A DNA stretch of 64,000 nucleotides from Camelus dromedarius (lineage: Eukaryota). The notes under the pieces are model-generated. The model did no database searches, had not been told where the DNA came from, and worked only from the letters and a program-made list of their open reading frames with translations. This document shows, piece by piece, positions 61,301 to 64,000 of this stretch. How positions within the stretch are numbered: the first letter of the stretch is position 1; every line of letters begins with the position of its first letter. The stretch lies in the NCBI RefSeq assembly GCF_036321535.1, contig NC_087436.1, positions 2,728,001 through 2,792,000 of the forward strand, read 5' to 3'. The translations under genes were made by a program, and so were the position numbers.

Positions 61301-64000
61301 AAGCTAGTACCTCCCCATATATATGTATGGATTGGAGTTTGCAAATGAAAAGAAACTTTGTGTTCCCTAGAAGCTAGTTGAAGTATGGCATTCACACACT
61401 ATTATCTCTCAGAACTGAGCATGTGGAGAGACGTTCGTTCATCTAGCACAAAGGAAACGGGTTGCAGGAGAAACTTAACTCTGGTTTCTCAGTCTGTTTC
61501 CTAGTGCCGGTTTGAAGTTCCTGCAGTTTTCACTGTAAAACCGAGATTGAGCTAGTACATCCCCTTATATATGTATGGAGTGGAAATTGCAACTGAAAGG
61601 AACTTTGTGTTCCCAAGAAACTATTTGAAGTTCGGCGTTCACACACACTTATCTCTCAGAACTGAGCATGTGGAGAGACGTTCGTTCATCTAGCACAATG
61701 GGAACGGGTTACAGGAGGAACAATTACTCTGGTTTCTCAGTCTGTTTCCTAGTGCCGGTTTGAAGTTCCTGCAGTTTTCACTGTAAAACCGATTTGGAGC
61801 TAGTACCTCCCCATATATATGATGGATTGGAGTTTGCAACTGAAAAGATACTATGTGTTCCCAAGAAGCTAGGTGAAGTACGGCCTTCACACACTCTTAT
61901 CTCTCAGAACTGAGCATGTGGAGAGACGTTCGTTCATCTAGCACAAAGAAGCGGGTTGCAGGAAAAACTTAACTCTGGTTTCTCATTCTGTTTCCTAGTG
62001 CCGGTTTGAAGTTCCTGCAGTTTTCACTGTAAAACCGAGTTGGAGCTTGTACCTCCCCATATATATGTATGGAGTGGAGTTTGCAAGTGAAAAGAAACTT
62101 TGTGTTCCCAACAAGCTATTTGAAGGACGGCTTTCACACACAGTTATCCCTCAGAACTGAGCATGTGGAGAGACGTTCGTTCATCTAGCACAAAGGGAAT
62201 GGTTTGCAGGAGAAACTTTTACTCTGGTTTCTCATTCTGTTTCCTTGTGCCGGTTTGAATTTCCTGCAATATTCACTGTAAAACCGAGTTGGAGCTAGTA
62301 CCTCCCCATATATATGTACGGAGTGGAGTTTGCAAGTTAAAAGAAACTTTGTGTTCCCAACAAGCTAGGTGAAGGACGGCTTTCACACACCTTATCTCTC
62401 AGAACTGAGCATGTGGAGAGACATTCGTTCATCTAGCACAAAGGGAACGGTTTGATGGAGAAACTTTTTCTCTGGTTTCTCTGTCTGTTTCCTGTTGCCG
62501 GTTTAAATTTCCTGCAGTTTTCACTGTAAAAACGATTTGGAGGTAGTACCTCCCCATATATATTTATGGAGTGGAGTTTGCAACTGAAAGGAACTTTGTG
62601 TTCCCAAGAAGCTAGGTGAAGGACGGCTTTCACACACACTTATCTCTCAGAACTGAGCATGTGGGGAGACGTTCGTTCATCTAGCAAAATGGGAACGGGT
62701 TGCAGGAGAAACTTTTACTCTGGTTTCTCAGTCTGTTTCCTGTTGCCGGTTTGAAGTTCCTGCAATTTTCACTGTAAAACCGATTTGGAGCTAGAACATC
62801 CCCATATATTTGTATGGAGGGGAGTTTGCAAATGAAAAGAAACTTTGTGTTCCCAACAAGCTAGGTGAAGGACGGCTTTCACACACACTTATCTCTCAGA
62901 AATGAGCATGTGGAGAGACGTTCGTTCATCTAGCACAAAGGGAACGGGTTGCAGGAGAAACTTTTACTCTGGTTTCTCAGTCTGTTTCCTAGTGCCGGTT
63001 TGAAGTTCCTGCAGTTTTCACTTTAAAACCGATTTGGAGCTAGTACCTCCCCATATATATGTATGGATTGGAGTTTGCAAGTGAAAAGAAACTTTGTGTT
63101 CCCAACAAGCTAGTTGAAGGACGGCTTTCACACACACTTATCTCTCAGAACTGAGCATGTCGAGAGACGTTCGTTCATCTAGCACAAAGGGAACGTGTTG
63201 CAGGAGAAACTTTTACTCTGGTTTCTCATTCTGTTTCCTAGTGCCGGTTTGATGTTCCTGCAATTTTCACTGTAAAACCGATTTGGAGCTAGTACCTCCC
63301 CATATATACGTATGGATTGGAGTTTGCAAGTGAAAAGAAACTTTGTGTTCCCAAAAAGCTAGGTGAAGTACGGCTTTAACACACACTTATCTCTCAGAAC
63401 TGAGCATGTGGAGAGACGTTCTTTGATCTAGCACAAAGGGAACGGGTTGCAGGAGAAACTTTTACTCTGGTTTCTCAGTCTGTTTCCTAGTGCCGGTTTG
63501 AAGTTCCTGCAGTTTTCACTGTAAAACCGATTTGGAGCTAGTACCTCCCCATATATATGTATGGAGTGGAGTTTGCAAGTGAAAAGAAACTTTGTGTTCC
63601 CAACAAGCTAGGTGAAAGACGGCTTTCACACACGCTTATCTCTCAGAACTGAGCATGTGGAGAGACGTTCGTTCATCTAGCACAAAGGGAACGGGTTGCA
63701 GGAGAAACTTTTACTCTGGTTTCTCAGTCTGTTTCCTAGTGCCGGTTTGAAGTTCCTGCAGTTTTCACTGTAAGAGCGAGTTGAAGCTAGTACCTCCCCA
63801 TATATATGTATGGATTGGAGTTTGCAAATGAAAAGAAACTTTGTGTTCCCAAGAAGCTAGGTGAAGTATGGCATTCACACACTATTATCTCTCAGAACTG
63901 AGCATGTGGAGAGACGTTCGTTCATCTAGCACAAAGGAAACTGGTTGCAGGGGAAACTTAACTCTGGTTTCTCAGTCTGTTTCCTAGTGCCGGTTTGAAG
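58400..64000. repeat. Diverged 10/11-monomer higher-order repeat
   Basis: taagagcgagttgaagc at 58554, 61288 and 63771 (offsets 2734 and 2483); ORFs 59703/62433 (2730); catgtcgagag at 60679/63161 (2482). Confidence 0.75.

Larger units (their letters stand above)
1..64000. repeat. Tandem satellite DNA array, ~249-bp monomer, ~257 copies, one orientation; probably centromeric or pericentromeric, eukaryotic
   Basis: The monomer start (CTTATCTCTCAGAACTGAGCATGTGG, with variants) recurs at 3, 252, 501, 748 and onward to the window end. Consensus by eye: cttatctctcagaactgagcatgtggagagacgttcgttcatctagcacaaagggaacgggttgcaggagaaacttttactctggtttctcagtctgtttcctagtgccggtttgaagttcctgcagttttcactgtaaaaccgagttggagctagtacctccccatatatatgtatggagtggagtttgcaactgaaaagaaactttgtgttcccaacaagctaggtgaaggacggctttcacacaca. 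The array runs off both ends. The centromeric role is inferred, not shown. Confidence 0.99.

Noticed and set aside
1536..62639. About 55 short ORFs (60-121 aa) in a few recurring peptide families on both strands
   Set aside because: They are translations of the same monomer in different frames. They open and close with random stops and 1-bp indels and have no recognisable domains. They were used only as offset markers.
1..64000. CRISPR array or other repeat-spacer system
   Set aside because: There are no unique spacers; the entire unit is repeated, and no cas-like genes are present.
1..64000. Tandem 5S rRNA, tRNA or snRNA gene array
   Set aside because: No recognisable 5S, tRNA or snRNA sequence, and no gene-versus-spacer contrast in conservation.
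1..64000. Embedded transposon, inversion or unique-sequence island
   Set aside because: On reading through, the monomer phase and orientation are never broken.

Overview
The whole 64 kb window is one uninterrupted, head-to-tail satellite DNA array in a single orientation. It holds about 257 copies of a ~249-bp monomer (mean period ~248.6 bp), typical of eukaryotic centromeric or pericentromeric satellite. I cannot assign the family or taxon from the sequence alone. I see no genes, RNA genes, transposon insertions, inversions or CRISPR arrays, and all ORFs in the track are chance translations of the monomer. The informative structure is in the monomer variants. There are three sub-domains (about 1-7.9 kb, 7.9-52 kb and 52-64 kb). 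A near-identical 14.4/14.7-kb (58/59-monomer) tandem duplication has a mappable chimeric junction at ~34,431-34,456. Nested higher-order periods include 3, 6, 7, 8, 10/11, 12, 23 and 24-27 monomers. Two different 8-mers appear to derive from a 9-mer that is not seen intact. All offsets were read by eye from diagnostic variants and from the ORF track. I found no new protein-coding system.
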